NCBI GenBank assembly: GCA_026986535.1
Contig: JALSOK010000066.1
Coordinates: 1 to 43,023 of the forward strand
Direction: 5' to 3'
Origin: a candidate division WOR-3 bacterium
GTDB taxonomy: Bacteria; Hydrothermota; Hydrothermia; LBFQ01; DSFT01
DNA: 43,023 nt
Each line of letters starts with the position of its first letter. Position 1 is the first letter of the stretch. Position numbers and translations under genes: made by a program. Positions 1 through 8,797 of this stretch are shown here, piece after piece. Below the pieces are notes generated by a model, which was not told the DNA's origin, searched no databases, and saw nothing but the letters and a program-made list of their open reading frames with translations.

Positions 1-663
1 ATTTCCAGAAGGCACCTGTCCGTTGGGGCAGATGGGGTAATATCTCCTGTTCCCGACAGGGATTATCCGTTCCGGTTCCTCTACATAAACTATCTGGGAA
101 AGAGGGTTCCCTTCTGCGGGCACGCCGGCAGAGCACTTCCCTTCTTTGCAAAGCTCACGGGACTGGTTAAGGGGAAGGAAATCGAGTATATTTCTCCCAT
201 AGGCCCCAGAAAGGCCATAATCATTCAGGAAGAGCAGTGGAAAGCACTCGTGGGAATAGATATGGGAAAATTCCACACCTCTCCGATGGAGGATGGTTTC
301 CTGGTTAATGTGGGGGTGAAGCACTTCGCAGCCGGGAAGAATGAAATAGCGACATTTCCGCTCAGGGAAGAGGCCCTGAAATTCTTCGAAAAGCATCCGA
401 ACATCCACTTCAACATCTTCGAGGAGATCAGCAGGGGTCGAATAAGGGTTAGAACATGGGAATACGACTACCCGCACGAACCCATGAGCTGTGCCACGGG
501 AAGCCTTGCCTCAGCAATAGCATACCATCGAATTACCGGATACAGGGAGATAGAAGTGGTACCCCGCTCGGGTGAAAGCCTGTTCGTGGAAATCAAAGAC
601 GACTCCGCCTTCTTCTCCGGATGGGTGAAAGTGGTTTACAGGGGAGAACTTCTGGAATTCTGA
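1..663 (+). CDS. DapF-fold PLP-independent amino acid epimerase/racemase, 5'-truncated by the window edge
   Basis: Frame 1 is open from base 1: ISRRHLSVGADG...VPFCGHAGR...GVKH...RVRTWEYDYPHEPMSCATGS. It has the GADG motif and two catalytic-type Cys of the DapF family, but the motifs are divergent. Confidence 0.75.
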   Translation: MSRRHLSVGADGVISPVPDRDYPFRFLYINYLGKRVPFCGHAGRALPFFAKLTGLVKGKEIEYISPIGPRKAIIIQEEQWKALVGIDMGKFHTSPMEDGFLVNVGVKHFAAGKNEIATFPLREEALKFFEKHPNIHFNIFEEISRGRIRVRTWEYDYPHEPMSCATGSLASAIAYHRITGYREIEVVPRSGESLFVEIKDDSAFFSGWVKVVYRGELLEF

Positions 664-670
664 GGAAGTT

Positions 671-676
671 TAAAAT
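671..676 (+). promoter_or_regulatory. -10 box TAAAAT, 6 nt before the ATG at 683 (leaderless-type)
   Basis: gtttaaaattccgggATG; no strong SD between box and ATG. Confidence 0.65.
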
Positions 677-682
677 TCCGGG

Positions 683-1393
683 ATGCGCATAGTTGCCCAC
701 AGGGGATACAGCCACTTCTATCCGGACAACACCCTTCTGGCATACGAAAGGGCATTCCAGGAAGGGGCAGACTTCATAGAGGTGGACATAATGATTACAT
801 CGGACGGATTCCCGTTCATACAGCACAACCTGCTCATGGAAGGCAAAGCGGTAAGGGAAATGGAGCTGGAGGAGGCGCTGTACATAAACTGGGATGCTCC
901 ATCCATGCAGGAGGTAATGGATCTTGCCCGGGCCTACAGGGGCGGAATATACCTGGATGTGAAGGACAGGGCTATCCTCAGCATAATGGAACCCATACTC
1001 AAAAGTCTGGAAGGGCTGGAGGTGGTGGTTTCATCATTCGACGGTCCATTCGTTCGGGAAGTAAAGAGAATCGGCAGAAAGGTGCGGACCGCCCTGCTCA
1101 TAGGCTCGGTGTACGATGCCGGATTCATAGTGGATATAGCCAGACACTATGGGGCCGATATAATACACCCCGCATGGGAAAGCCGCCACCCATATCCCCA
1201 TCATCTCCTGAGCGAAATGCTCCCCGTATTCAGGCGGGAAGGTTTCGAGGTCTCGTCCTGGCATGAGGAGAGGGAGGAGGTAATAAGGGCCCTGATGAAC
1301 ATGGGGATCGATTACATCAGTACGAACGATGTACCCCTGGCTGTTAAAATAAGGAACCAGATGAAATCGGAGGTTGGAGGCAATGGTATATGA
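683..1393 (+). CDS. Glycerophosphodiester phosphodiesterase (GDPD family)
   Basis: IVAHRG, PDNTLLAY, GADFIEVDI, C-terminal GIDYISTN. Confidence 0.9.
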   Translation: MRIVAHRGYSHFYPDNTLLAYERAFQEGADFIEVDIMITSDGFPFIQHNLLMEGKAVREMELEEALYINWDAPSMQEVMDLARAYRGGIYLDVKDRAILSIMEPILKSLEGLEVVVSSFDGPFVREVKRIGRKVRTALLIGSVYDAGFIVDIARHYGADIIHPAWESRHPYPHHLLSEMLPVFRREGFEVSSWHEEREEVIRALMNMGIDYISTNDVPLAVKIRNQMKSEVGGNGI

Positions 1394-2198
1394 TGTGTTT
1401 TCCATCCCGTTCGACAAGGCGGTGATATCCCGCCCCGGTGCCCGCTTCGCTCCCCAGAGGATAGTGCAGTACCTGAAAAAACTGCACCTGCCCCCGGATA
1501 CCACTTTGAATTTCATAGAACCTCCCGAGGACTTCAACCGTCTGGATGTCCGGGTGGCCCACGAGAGAATCTACGAATGGATTAAAGGGACCCTGAGGGA
1601 CGACGCCTTTCCAGTATTCCTGGGTGGAGACCACTCCATCACCTTCCCCCTTTACAGGGCAGTAAAGGAAAAATTTCACCTCGAAAGGCTTTACATAATC
1701 AACATAGACGCCCACTACGACATAAGGGACTGGAGCGAGGAGAGCATCACGAGCGGAACCCCTTTCAGGAGGATAATGGACTTCGGTCTTGCGGACCCAT
1801 CCCACATAATCGAAATAGGAATAAGGCCCATGTCCAACAGCCCGGATCTGGAGGAAAGGGCAGGGGAAATGCACATATTCACCATCGATGAGGTGAAGGA
1901 AATGGGTATAGATGAGATATTGAGGAGAGTTGAGGACACCGTGAAGGGTTATCCCGCGTACTTCACATTCGACATGGATGTTATGGAAGGGGGATGCTGT
2001 CCGGGATCGAGCGCCGCCCATCCTTACGGCCTGTCCATGGAGGAGGCCCTGAAGATAGTGGAAGCGGTCGGGAAGATAAATGTGGTCGCAATGGATATAG
2101 TGGAAGTGTCCCCCCCATGGGACATGGATGACATGACCTCGAAAGCGGCAGCGTATCTTGCAGGAAGATTTATCAGGAAGAGGTCCTCAAAGGTTTAA
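1383..2198 (+). CDS. Ureohydrolase (agmatinase/formimidoylglutamase family)
   Basis: PGARFAP, GGDHSIT, DAHYD, SGTPF, FDMDV, DIVEVSPPWD. ATG at 1383 follows GGAGG. Confidence 0.88.
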   Translation: MVYDVFSIPFDKAVISRPGARFAPQRIVQYLKKLHLPPDTTLNFIEPPEDFNRLDVRVAHERIYEWIKGTLRDDAFPVFLGGDHSITFPLYRAVKEKFHLERLYIINIDAHYDIRDWSEESITSGTPFRRIMDFGLADPSHIIEIGIRPMSNSPDLEERAGEMHIFTIDEVKEMGIDEILRRVEDTVKGYPAYFTFDMDVMEGGCCPGSSAAHPYGLSMEEALKIVEAVGKINVVAMDIVEVSPPWDMDDMTSKAAAYLAGRFIRKRSSKV

Positions 2199-2212
2199 AA
2201 TTTCCCGAATCT

Positions 2213-2914
2213 ATGAGCAAAGAAAAGAGTTCCCTCCGGGAGAAGATAGAATCCTGGGTGTGGACCATCCTCATCATACTGCTTCTGCGGGCATTCGTTG
2301 TTCAGGCGTATGTTATACCCACCGGATCGATGGAGGATACCCTGCTTCCGGGCGATTTTCTTCTGGTAACGAAGTTCGACTATGGACTGGAAATACCCTA
2401 CACCGGAATTAAGCCCATAACCTGGGGCACACCGCACAGGGGGGACATAGTGGTATTCAGATACCCATTCGACGGACGGGATTTTATCAAGAGGATAGTG
2501 GCTCTTCCCGGTGATACTGTAAAGATAAGGAACAAGGTGGTTTACATCAACGGAAAACCCCTCAAAGAACCCTACGCTGTATTTAAGGACAGCACCGTAT
2601 ATCCCCTGCCCCCCGATGTGGACACATCGCTGGAGACCATGCAGAGGCTGTGGCTATCCCATAAGTTCATGATGGGAATGAATTTCATAAGGGACAACTT
2701 TGGACCTGTGGTGGTTCCACCGGAGCATGTTTTCGTAATGGGAGACAACAGGGATTTCTCATACGACTCCCGGTTCTGGGGGCCCCTGCCCGTAAAGGAC
2801 CTGAAGGGCCGACCCCTTATAATTTACTTCTCATGGGACTCGGGAGGACCCCCCTGGAAGATATGGGAAAGGATCAGATGGAAAAGGCTTTTTAACTTCA
2901 CGAGGTACTGGTAA
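2213..2914 (+). CDS. lepB: Signal peptidase I
   Basis: N-terminal TM, IPTGSMEDTL (catalytic Ser), FIKRIVALPGD (catalytic Lys), GDNRDFSYDSRFWG. Confidence 0.97.
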   Translation: MSKEKSSLREKIESWVWTILIILLLRAFVVQAYVIPTGSMEDTLLPGDFLLVTKFDYGLEIPYTGIKPITWGTPHRGDIVVFRYPFDGRDFIKRIVALPGDTVKIRNKVVYINGKPLKEPYAVFKDSTVYPLPPDVDTSLETMQRLWLSHKFMMGMNFIRDNFGPVVVPPEHVFVMGDNRDFSYDSRFWGPLPVKDLKGRPLIIYFSWDSGGPPWKIWERIRWKRLFNFTRYW

Positions 2915-3126
2915 TGAAACTGAAGGAACTGCTCCACCGCGTGGAAATGAGCATGGTGAAGTACAGCTACGAGCAGAAGAGGAAGAGGGTCCTCGAGCAA
3001 CTGGGCGAGTACTTCTACGGGCTCTATATAACCGGGAAAATAAGGGAAGTTCCCGCAGATGTGGAGGAATTGATTCGAAAGCTCCAGTATATAGAGAACA
3101 AATTGAAAGATATGGACCATGAATAG
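2914..3126 (+). CDS. Small helical hypothetical protein (70 aa)
   Basis: Overlaps the lepB stop (TAATG) and the next start; charged, helical composition; fills the operon gap exactly. Confidence 0.7.
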   Translation: MKLKELLHRVEMSMVKYSYEQKRKRVLEQLGEYFYGLYITGKIREVPADVEELIRKLQYIENKLKDMDHE

Positions 3127-3598
3127 ATTGGCGGGCATTTTAATCGCAGGTATAATGATTCTGGGCCTTCAGGGATGTGCTTTTCTTCAGAAGAGGCTTG
3201 CGGTAAAGGACCTGAAGATCGATTTTCAGGGGGTAAGCGTAACGGCCCTTACGCTGGACAAGATCAATCTCGAAGTGGCACTCGAAGCCTTCAATCCCAA
3301 CGATGTGGAAGCCATAATCGACAGGCTGGATTACACCGTATTTATAGAGGACAGGAAGGCCATGACGGGATATACCGACAGGACCTACAGGATATCCCCC
3401 CACGGCAAAAAGCTCATCAAACTGAATGCCACCATAAGGCTGGTGGATCTGCCGGATGTGTTCCTTGCCATAAAAGAGGCCGCAAAGAAGAGTAGCGTGA
3501 AGACCTCGGCCGATGTAAAAGTCCATGTGAAGACCATCCTCGGAACATTCACGAGGACGGTGAAGCTGGAGAAGTACATCCCCCTGGAATGGAAATGA
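3119..3598 (+). CDS. LEA type 2/WHy-domain lipoprotein
   Basis: Lipobox LQGC; NPN motif followed by LDYTVFIED. Confidence 0.8.
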   Translation: MNRLAGILIAGIMILGLQGCAFLQKRLAVKDLKIDFQGVSVTALTLDKINLEVALEAFNPNDVEAIIDRLDYTVFIEDRKAMTGYTDRTYRISPHGKKLIKLNATIRLVDLPDVFLAIKEAAKKSSVKTSADVKVHVKTILGTFTRTVKLEKYIPLEWK

Positions 3599-4488
3599 TA
3601 GAAATAAACTACAGGAGGGAAAAGAAACCCCTTCCGGTGCAGAATGCAATAGTGGAAATCGGCTTTGGAAATGGAGATTTTCTGCTGAAACACGCCATGG
3701 AGAACCCCGACAGGTTCCACATAGGATTCGAAATATCCGGCATCTCCATCTCGAAAATCGTAAAAAAAGCAAAGAGGCTGGGTCTGAGCAACCTGAGAGT
3801 GGCACGAATCGACGCCTACTGGGGATTCTACCTGCTTCTGCGGAATGAGAGCGTGGAGACTGCATACATGAACTTTCCCGACCCCTGGCCCAAGAAGAGG
3901 CATACCGCGAGGCGCCTGACGAACCTGGAGAATCTCTTCCTGTTTCATTCCAGAATAAAGAGCGGGGGTGCCCTGGTGCTGAAAACGGACGAAAGGTTCT
4001 TCGTGGACTACACGATAGAAAACGCACAAGAGATGGGGGGATGGAGGTGGGAACTGGAGGAAAATGCCATCTCCGAAACCCCCACCAAGTACGAGAAGAA
4101 GTGGATTCAGCAGGGGAAAACCATTTATCGATTGATTCTGCAAAAGGCAGGTCAGCCATCGAAGGAGATTAAAATCAGACATTTAAAGGAGGTTAGTGAA
4201 GTGCCCCACATGAAAACAGAAACTCCAAGATTTTATCCGGAAGAGCTTCCTGGAAAAGTGTTCCGCCTTCCCAACACAACCGTGGCGAAGTTCTTCAATC
4301 TGTGGAGGAGGGATGAGGAATATCTGCTGGAGACCCTGCTCGTGGAAAACGGATACGAGCACTACTTCATGACCAGGTTCAGGAGGAAGGATGGGAAGTG
4401 GGTCATCGGTGTATCCCCCTTCAGCGAAGTGCTGAAGACAGAAGGTATAAGGGACCTTGTGCTCTGGCTGTCGGGGAGGGAGCTGTGA
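3589..4488 (+). CDS. trmB: tRNA (guanine-N7)-methyltransferase with C-terminal extension
   Basis: EIGFGNG, NFPDPWPKKRH, LKTD, TKYEKK. The start may be 3595. Confidence 0.95.
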   Translation: MEMIEINYRREKKPLPVQNAIVEIGFGNGDFLLKHAMENPDRFHIGFEISGISISKIVKKAKRLGLSNLRVARIDAYWGFYLLLRNESVETAYMNFPDPWPKKRHTARRLTNLENLFLFHSRIKSGGALVLKTDERFFVDYTIENAQEMGGWRWELEENAISETPTKYEKKWIQQGKTIYRLILQKAGQPSKEIKIRHLKEVSEVPHMKTETPRFYPEELPGKVFRLPNTTVAKFFNLWRRDEEYLLETLLVENGYEHYFMTRFRRKDGKWVIGVSPFSEVLKTEGIRDLVLWLSGREL

Positions 4489-4600
4489 AATCCGCAACCC
4501 CGACCTTCCATAATCCCACACCTGGGCGATTATGTACATTTTACATCGGGATTCTACACCCGTGAATCACGAAAAAGACCTTTAAAATTTTGGGGCCTTC

Positions 4601-4674
4601 GGGCGCGTAGCTCAGCTGGCGAGAGCGCCGCCCTTACAAGGCGGAGGTCCCAGGTTCGAGTCCTGGCGCGCCCA
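4601..4674 (+). tRNA. tRNA-Val (TAC), CCA not encoded
   Basis: GGGCGCG/CGCGCCC acceptor stem, CCGCC-CTTACAA-GGCGG anticodon arm, GTTCGAG T-loop; TAAAAT at 4583-4588. Confidence 0.97.
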
Positions 4675-4690
4675 TTCGTATTTACTGTTT

Positions 4691-6043
4691 ATGAAGGAGG
4701 GGTCGTCCATTCAACAGACTTCTTTCAGGTACCTGTCTTCGATGCTCATAACGGACTTCGTGGCACTGTCCGTTGCGGCACTTCTGGCATTTCTAATTAA
4801 ATTCGGAGCAGACGGAAGAGAACTCCTGACGAGATTGGATGAGATGTATCGATTCATTACTCTCGCACTGCTGATTCTCATATTCAAGCGGCTCCACACC
4901 CAGAGACGGCTCTTTTACGAGGAAGCAAAGGAAATAGTGGAGGCCATATTCCTTACATTCATCATCCTGTTCAGCCTCTATGCCATGATCAGGGCAAAGC
5001 CCGACTATTCCCGTCTCCTGCTGGGCCTGACATTCGTGAATTCCATGGTAATGGTTCCAGTATTCCGATACTTTGCAAAGAAACTGCTCAATGGATACAT
5101 TCAGGAGGACATAGTAATCTTAGAAGGCCCGGAGAGTAAAAAGCTCTTCGATTTTTTGAAAAAGGAATGGTATCTCGCCTACCGGCCCATAGCCATAATT
5201 CCATTCAGGGAAGCCGGAAAATGGGCCCGAAAGGTGCCCAATGTGGCTATATCGTACATCCCTTTCCTGAACGAATTCGAGCACGAAATTCTCCAGCTGT
5301 CCACCAACTTTCGTAGGGTTTTCTTCGTGCCCACCATATCGGGAATCCCCTTCTCCAACCAGATAGTCCACTTCTCCATAAGGGAAAACATACCCCTCAT
5401 AGAAACCTCATCCCGCCTATACTCCAGATTCGACAGAGCGATAAAGAGGAGCATGGACCTGCTCTTCTCATCCATCCTCGTCCTCCTGCTGTCTCCGGTA
5501 TTTCTGCTGATCTCCCTCGCGGTGAAGCTCTCATCGCCGGGACCGGTAATATTCAGGCAGAAGAGGATCGGCTACGGGGGAAAGCCCTTTTATGTTTACA
5601 AATTCCGAACGATGTATGTGGATGCGGAGGAGAGACTGAGAGAACTGCTGGAAAGGGACCCCCGGGCCAGGGAAGAATGGAACAGGCATTACAAACTCAG
5701 GAATGACCCCCGCATCACTCCCATAGGAAAGTTCCTCCGCAAGTACTCCCTGGACGAACTGCCACAGCTTTTCAATGTCCTGAAGGGAGATATGAGCCTC
5801 GTGGGACCCAGACCGGTGAAGAAGGAGGAACTGGAGGATTTCTACGGGGAATACGCCCGATTCTATATGATGGTCCTCCCGGGCATTACGGGACTGTGGC
5901 AGGTGAGCGGAAGGAGCAACCTGACCTATGAAGACAGGGTAAAGCTGGACACCTGGTATGTGCTCAACTGGTCCCTGTGGCTCGACATAACCATCCTCAT
6001 AAAAACACCCATCGTCGTTCTGAAAAAGGAGGGGGCCTATTAG
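4691..6043 (+). CDS. wbaP: Polyprenyl-phosphate hexose-1-phosphate transferase (WbaP/WcaJ family)
   Basis: N-terminal TMs; [48 protein letters not shown]. Confidence 0.9.
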   Translation: MKEGSSIQQTSFRYLSSMLITDFVALSVAALLAFLIKFGADGRELLTRLDEMYRFITLALLILIFKRLHTQRRLFYEEAKEIVEAIFLTFIILFSLYAMIRAKPDYSRLLLGLTFVNSMVMVPVFRYFAKKLLNGYIQEDIVILEGPESKKLFDFLKKEWYLAYRPIAIIPFREAGKWARKVPNVAISYIPFLNEFEHEILQLSTNFRRVFFVPTISGIPFSNQIVHFSIRENIPLIETSSRLYSRFDRAIKRSMDLLFSSILVLLLSPVFLLISLAVKLSSPGPVIFRQKRIGYGGKPFYVYKFRTMYVDAEERLRELLERDPRAREEWNRHYKLRNDPRITPIGKFLRKYSLDELPQLFNVLKGDMSLVGPRPVKKEELEDFYGEYARFYMMVLPGITGLWQVSGRSNLTYEDRVKLDTWYVLNWSLWLDITILIKTPIVVLKKEGAY

Positions 6044-7013
6044 AATACTCGTACTGGGCGGCGCGGGTTATATAGGCAGCCATGTGGTGAAGAACCTCGC
6101 CCGAGATGGACACGAAATCCTTACATACGACAACCTCTCCAGGGGGCACAGGGAGGCCGTCCTGTACGGCAGAGTGGTGGTCGGGGATGTGGGGGACAGA
6201 AGTAAACTGAAGGAGGTTCTGAGGAGTTTCAGGCCCGATGTGGTCATGCACTTCGCCGCCTATATAGAAGTGGCGGAGTCCGTCAGGAATCCCTCCCGCT
6301 ACTACGAGAACAATGTGGTCCAGTCCATACGGATGCTGGAGACCCTCGTGGAGGAAAACATCCCCAACCTCATATTCTCCTCCACAGCCGCCGTTTACGG
6401 CGTGCCCGGGGAGATACCCATACCGGAGGAGCACCCCCTCAATCCCATAAATCCCTACGGATGGAGCAAACTGATGGTGGAAAGAGCAATAGAAGACTTC
6501 TCGAGGGCATACGGCCTCCGGTACGCAATCCTGAGATACTTCAACGCCGCCGGCGCCGACCCCTCAGGAAGGATTGGAGAGAGCCATGATCCGGAAACCC
6601 ATCTCATTCCCCTCGTCCTGATGGCAGCCTCGGGGAGGAGAAGCCACATAACCATATACGGGACGGATTACCCCACCCCCGATGGTACGGCCATAAGGGA
6701 TTACATACATGTGGAGGACCTGTCCGACCTCCACATACTTGCAATGGACTACCTTCTGCAGAAGGGGGATAACCTGGTGATAAACTGCGGATACGGAAGG
6801 GGCTACTCGGTCAGGGAAGTCATAGAAGTGGCCAGAAAGGTAACGGGAAGGGATTTCCCCGTGAAGGAGGGGGAAAGGAGGCCGGGTGATATTCCATACC
6901 TCGTGGCAGATAACAGCAGAATAAGAAGGGTCTTCGGATGGAAGCCGCAATTCGATGATTTAGAGAAGATCATAGAGACCGCCTGGCGGTGGGAGTTGAA
7001 CAGGAAGTTCTGA
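6039..7013 (+). CDS. galE: UDP-glucose 4-epimerase; probable non-canonical ATT start at 6039
   Basis: In-frame extension upstream of the 6084 ORF gives (I)[14 protein letters not shown]; also FSSTAAVYG, YGWSK, LRYFNAAGA, RDYIHV. Confidence 0.95.
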   Translation: MRILVLGGAGYIGSHVVKNLARDGHEILTYDNLSRGHREAVLYGRVVVGDVGDRSKLKEVLRSFRPDVVMHFAAYIEVAESVRNPSRYYENNVVQSIRMLETLVEENIPNLIFSSTAAVYGVPGEIPIPEEHPLNPINPYGWSKLMVERAIEDFSRAYGLRYAILRYFNAAGADPSGRIGESHDPETHLIPLVLMAASGRRSHITIYGTDYPTPDGTAIRDYIHVEDLSDLHILAMDYLLQKGDNLVINCGYGRGYSVREVIEVARKVTGRDFPVKEGERRPGDIPYLVADNSRIRRVFGWKPQFDDLEKIIETAWRWELNRKF

Positions 7014-7096
7014 TAAGGGGCAACCGATTTCACCACCCCATGCGTTTTCTCGGCAGGATATGGAACCGGGCATCAGATAGAATGCATTGATTGGAG

Positions 7097-7102
7097 TATA
7101 AT
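7097..7102 (+). promoter_or_regulatory. -10 box TATAAT, 6 nt before the fadD ATG at 7109
   Basis: gTATAATtttgccATG. Confidence 0.75.
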
Positions 7103-7108
7103 TTTGCC

Positions 7109-8797
7109 ATGAACGAAAGACCCTGGTTAAAGCACTACGATGAAGGTGTACCCCATCATATCGAATACAGGGAAGAACCCCTGTTTACCATCCTGGAAGA
7201 AGCCGCCCAGAAGTATCCGGAGAACATAGCCATAAGGTTCTACAATTACACAATCACCTACAGGCAGTTAGATGACCTGGTGAACAGGGTGATGGGAGCC
7301 CTGCACGATATGGGAATAAGAAAAGGCGACAGGGTTGCCCTCATGCTGCCCAATACTCCCCACTATGTAATATCCTACTATGCGATTTTGAAACTGGGAG
7401 CCATCGTGGTTCAGATGAACCCCCTGTATTCCCCCCATGAAATCGAATTCATCCTGAGCAACAGCGAAGCCAGAGCCATAATAACTCTGGACCTGTTCGT
7501 GGACAAGGTAAAGAAAGTACAGAAGAAAGTGCCCACGGAATTCTTCATAGCGGGGAAGATACAGGACTTCCTCAACTTTCCCCTCAGCCTGCTGCTTGGA
7601 ATAAAGAACTTCTTTTCGAGGGTCCCCTCCATCCCGCGGGACTTCGTAAAGTTCACAGAACTGATGAACCACGAAAGAAAATCCATAGAGGTCCCCATAG
7701 ACCCCAGGGAGGACATAGCCCTCTTTCAGTACACCGGAGGAACCACCGGATTTCCAAAGGCCGTGATGCTGACCCACTTCAACCTCATGGCCAATGTCCA
7801 GCAGACCGTTGCATGGAATCCGGCCCTGGAGCCGGGCAAGGAGAGAACCCTGGTGGTAATTCCCCTCTTCCATGTGTATGCCATGACCATCGGGATGAAC
7901 TATACCATAAGCATAGGGGGAGAGATGATCCTCCTGCCGAAGTTCCACACGAAGGATGTCCTCGAACTGCTCGATAAACACAGGGTAACACTGTTTCCGG
8001 GAGTCCCTGCCATCTACAACGCCATAATCAACTACAAAGATGTCCACAAATACAACCTCCGGAGCATCAAAGTCTGCATATCGGGAGCGGCGCCGCTTCC
8101 CGTGGAAGTAAAGAAGAGATTCGAGGAGCTTACCGGAGCCAAACTGGTGGAGGGATACGGCCTGTCGGAAGCCTCCCCCGTCACCCATGTCAATCCCATA
8201 TTCGGGGTCAACAAGGCGGGAAGCATAGGACTGCCCCTTCCCGACACGGATGCAATGATCTCGGACGAGGAAGGCAACCCCCTGCCCATCGGAAAGGTGG
8301 GAGAACTGGCCGTAAGGGGACCCCAGGTCATGAAAGGATACTGGAAGAATGAGAAGGAAACTCGAAAGGTCCTGCGCAACGGATGGCTCTTCACCGGAGA
8401 CATGGCAAAGATGGACGAGGACGGCTACTTCTACATAGTGGACAGGAAGAAGGACATGATCATAGTCAAGGGCTTCAATGTATATCCCCGGGTGGTGGAA
8501 GAGGTTCTCTACAAACACCCCAAGGTTCAGGACGCCGCGGTGGTGGGGGTCAAATTACCCGAGAGGGCCGACGAACTGGTAAAGGCCTTCATAGTACTGA
8601 AGGAGGGGGAAAGCGCCACCAAAGAGGAAATCATCGAATTCTGCAAACAGCATCTGGCCCCATACGAGGTGCCGCAGGAGATAGAATTCGTGGCGGAGCT
8701 TCCCAAGAGCATGATTGGAAAGACCCTCAGGCGGATTCTGAGAGAAAAGGAAGAGGAAAAACTCAAAAGAAGTCGTAAGGGTCAACGACAATCCTGA
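7109..8797 (+). CDS. fadD: Long-chain fatty acid--CoA ligase
   Basis: QYTGGTTGFPK, EGYGLSEASP, GWLFTGD, DRKKDMI, PKSMIGK. Start reassigned to MNERPW. Confidence 0.92.
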   Translation: MNERPWLKHYDEGVPHHIEYREEPLFTILEEAAQKYPENIAIRFYNYTITYRQLDDLVNRVMGALHDMGIRKGDRVALMLPNTPHYVISYYAILKLGAIVVQMNPLYSPHEIEFILSNSEARAIITLDLFVDKVKKVQKKVPTEFFIAGKIQDFLNFPLSLLLGIKNFFSRVPSIPRDFVKFTELMNHERKSIEVPIDPREDIALFQYTGGTTGFPKAVMLTHFNLMANVQQTVAWNPALEPGKERTLVVIPLFHVYAMTIGMNYTISIGGEMILLPKFHTKDVLELLDKHRVTLFPGVPAIYNAIINYKDVHKYNLRSIKVCISGAAPLPVEVKKRFEELTGAKLVEGYGLSEASPVTHVNPIFGVNKAGSIGLPLPDTDAMISDEEGNPLPIGKVGELAVRGPQVMKGYWKNEKETRKVLRNGWLFTGDMAKMDEDGYFYIVDRKKDMIIVKGFNVYPRVVEEVLYKHPKVQDAAVVGVKLPERADELVKAFIVLKEGESATKEEIIEFCKQHLAPYEVPQEIEFVAELPKSMIGKTLRRILREKEEEKLKRSRKGQRQS

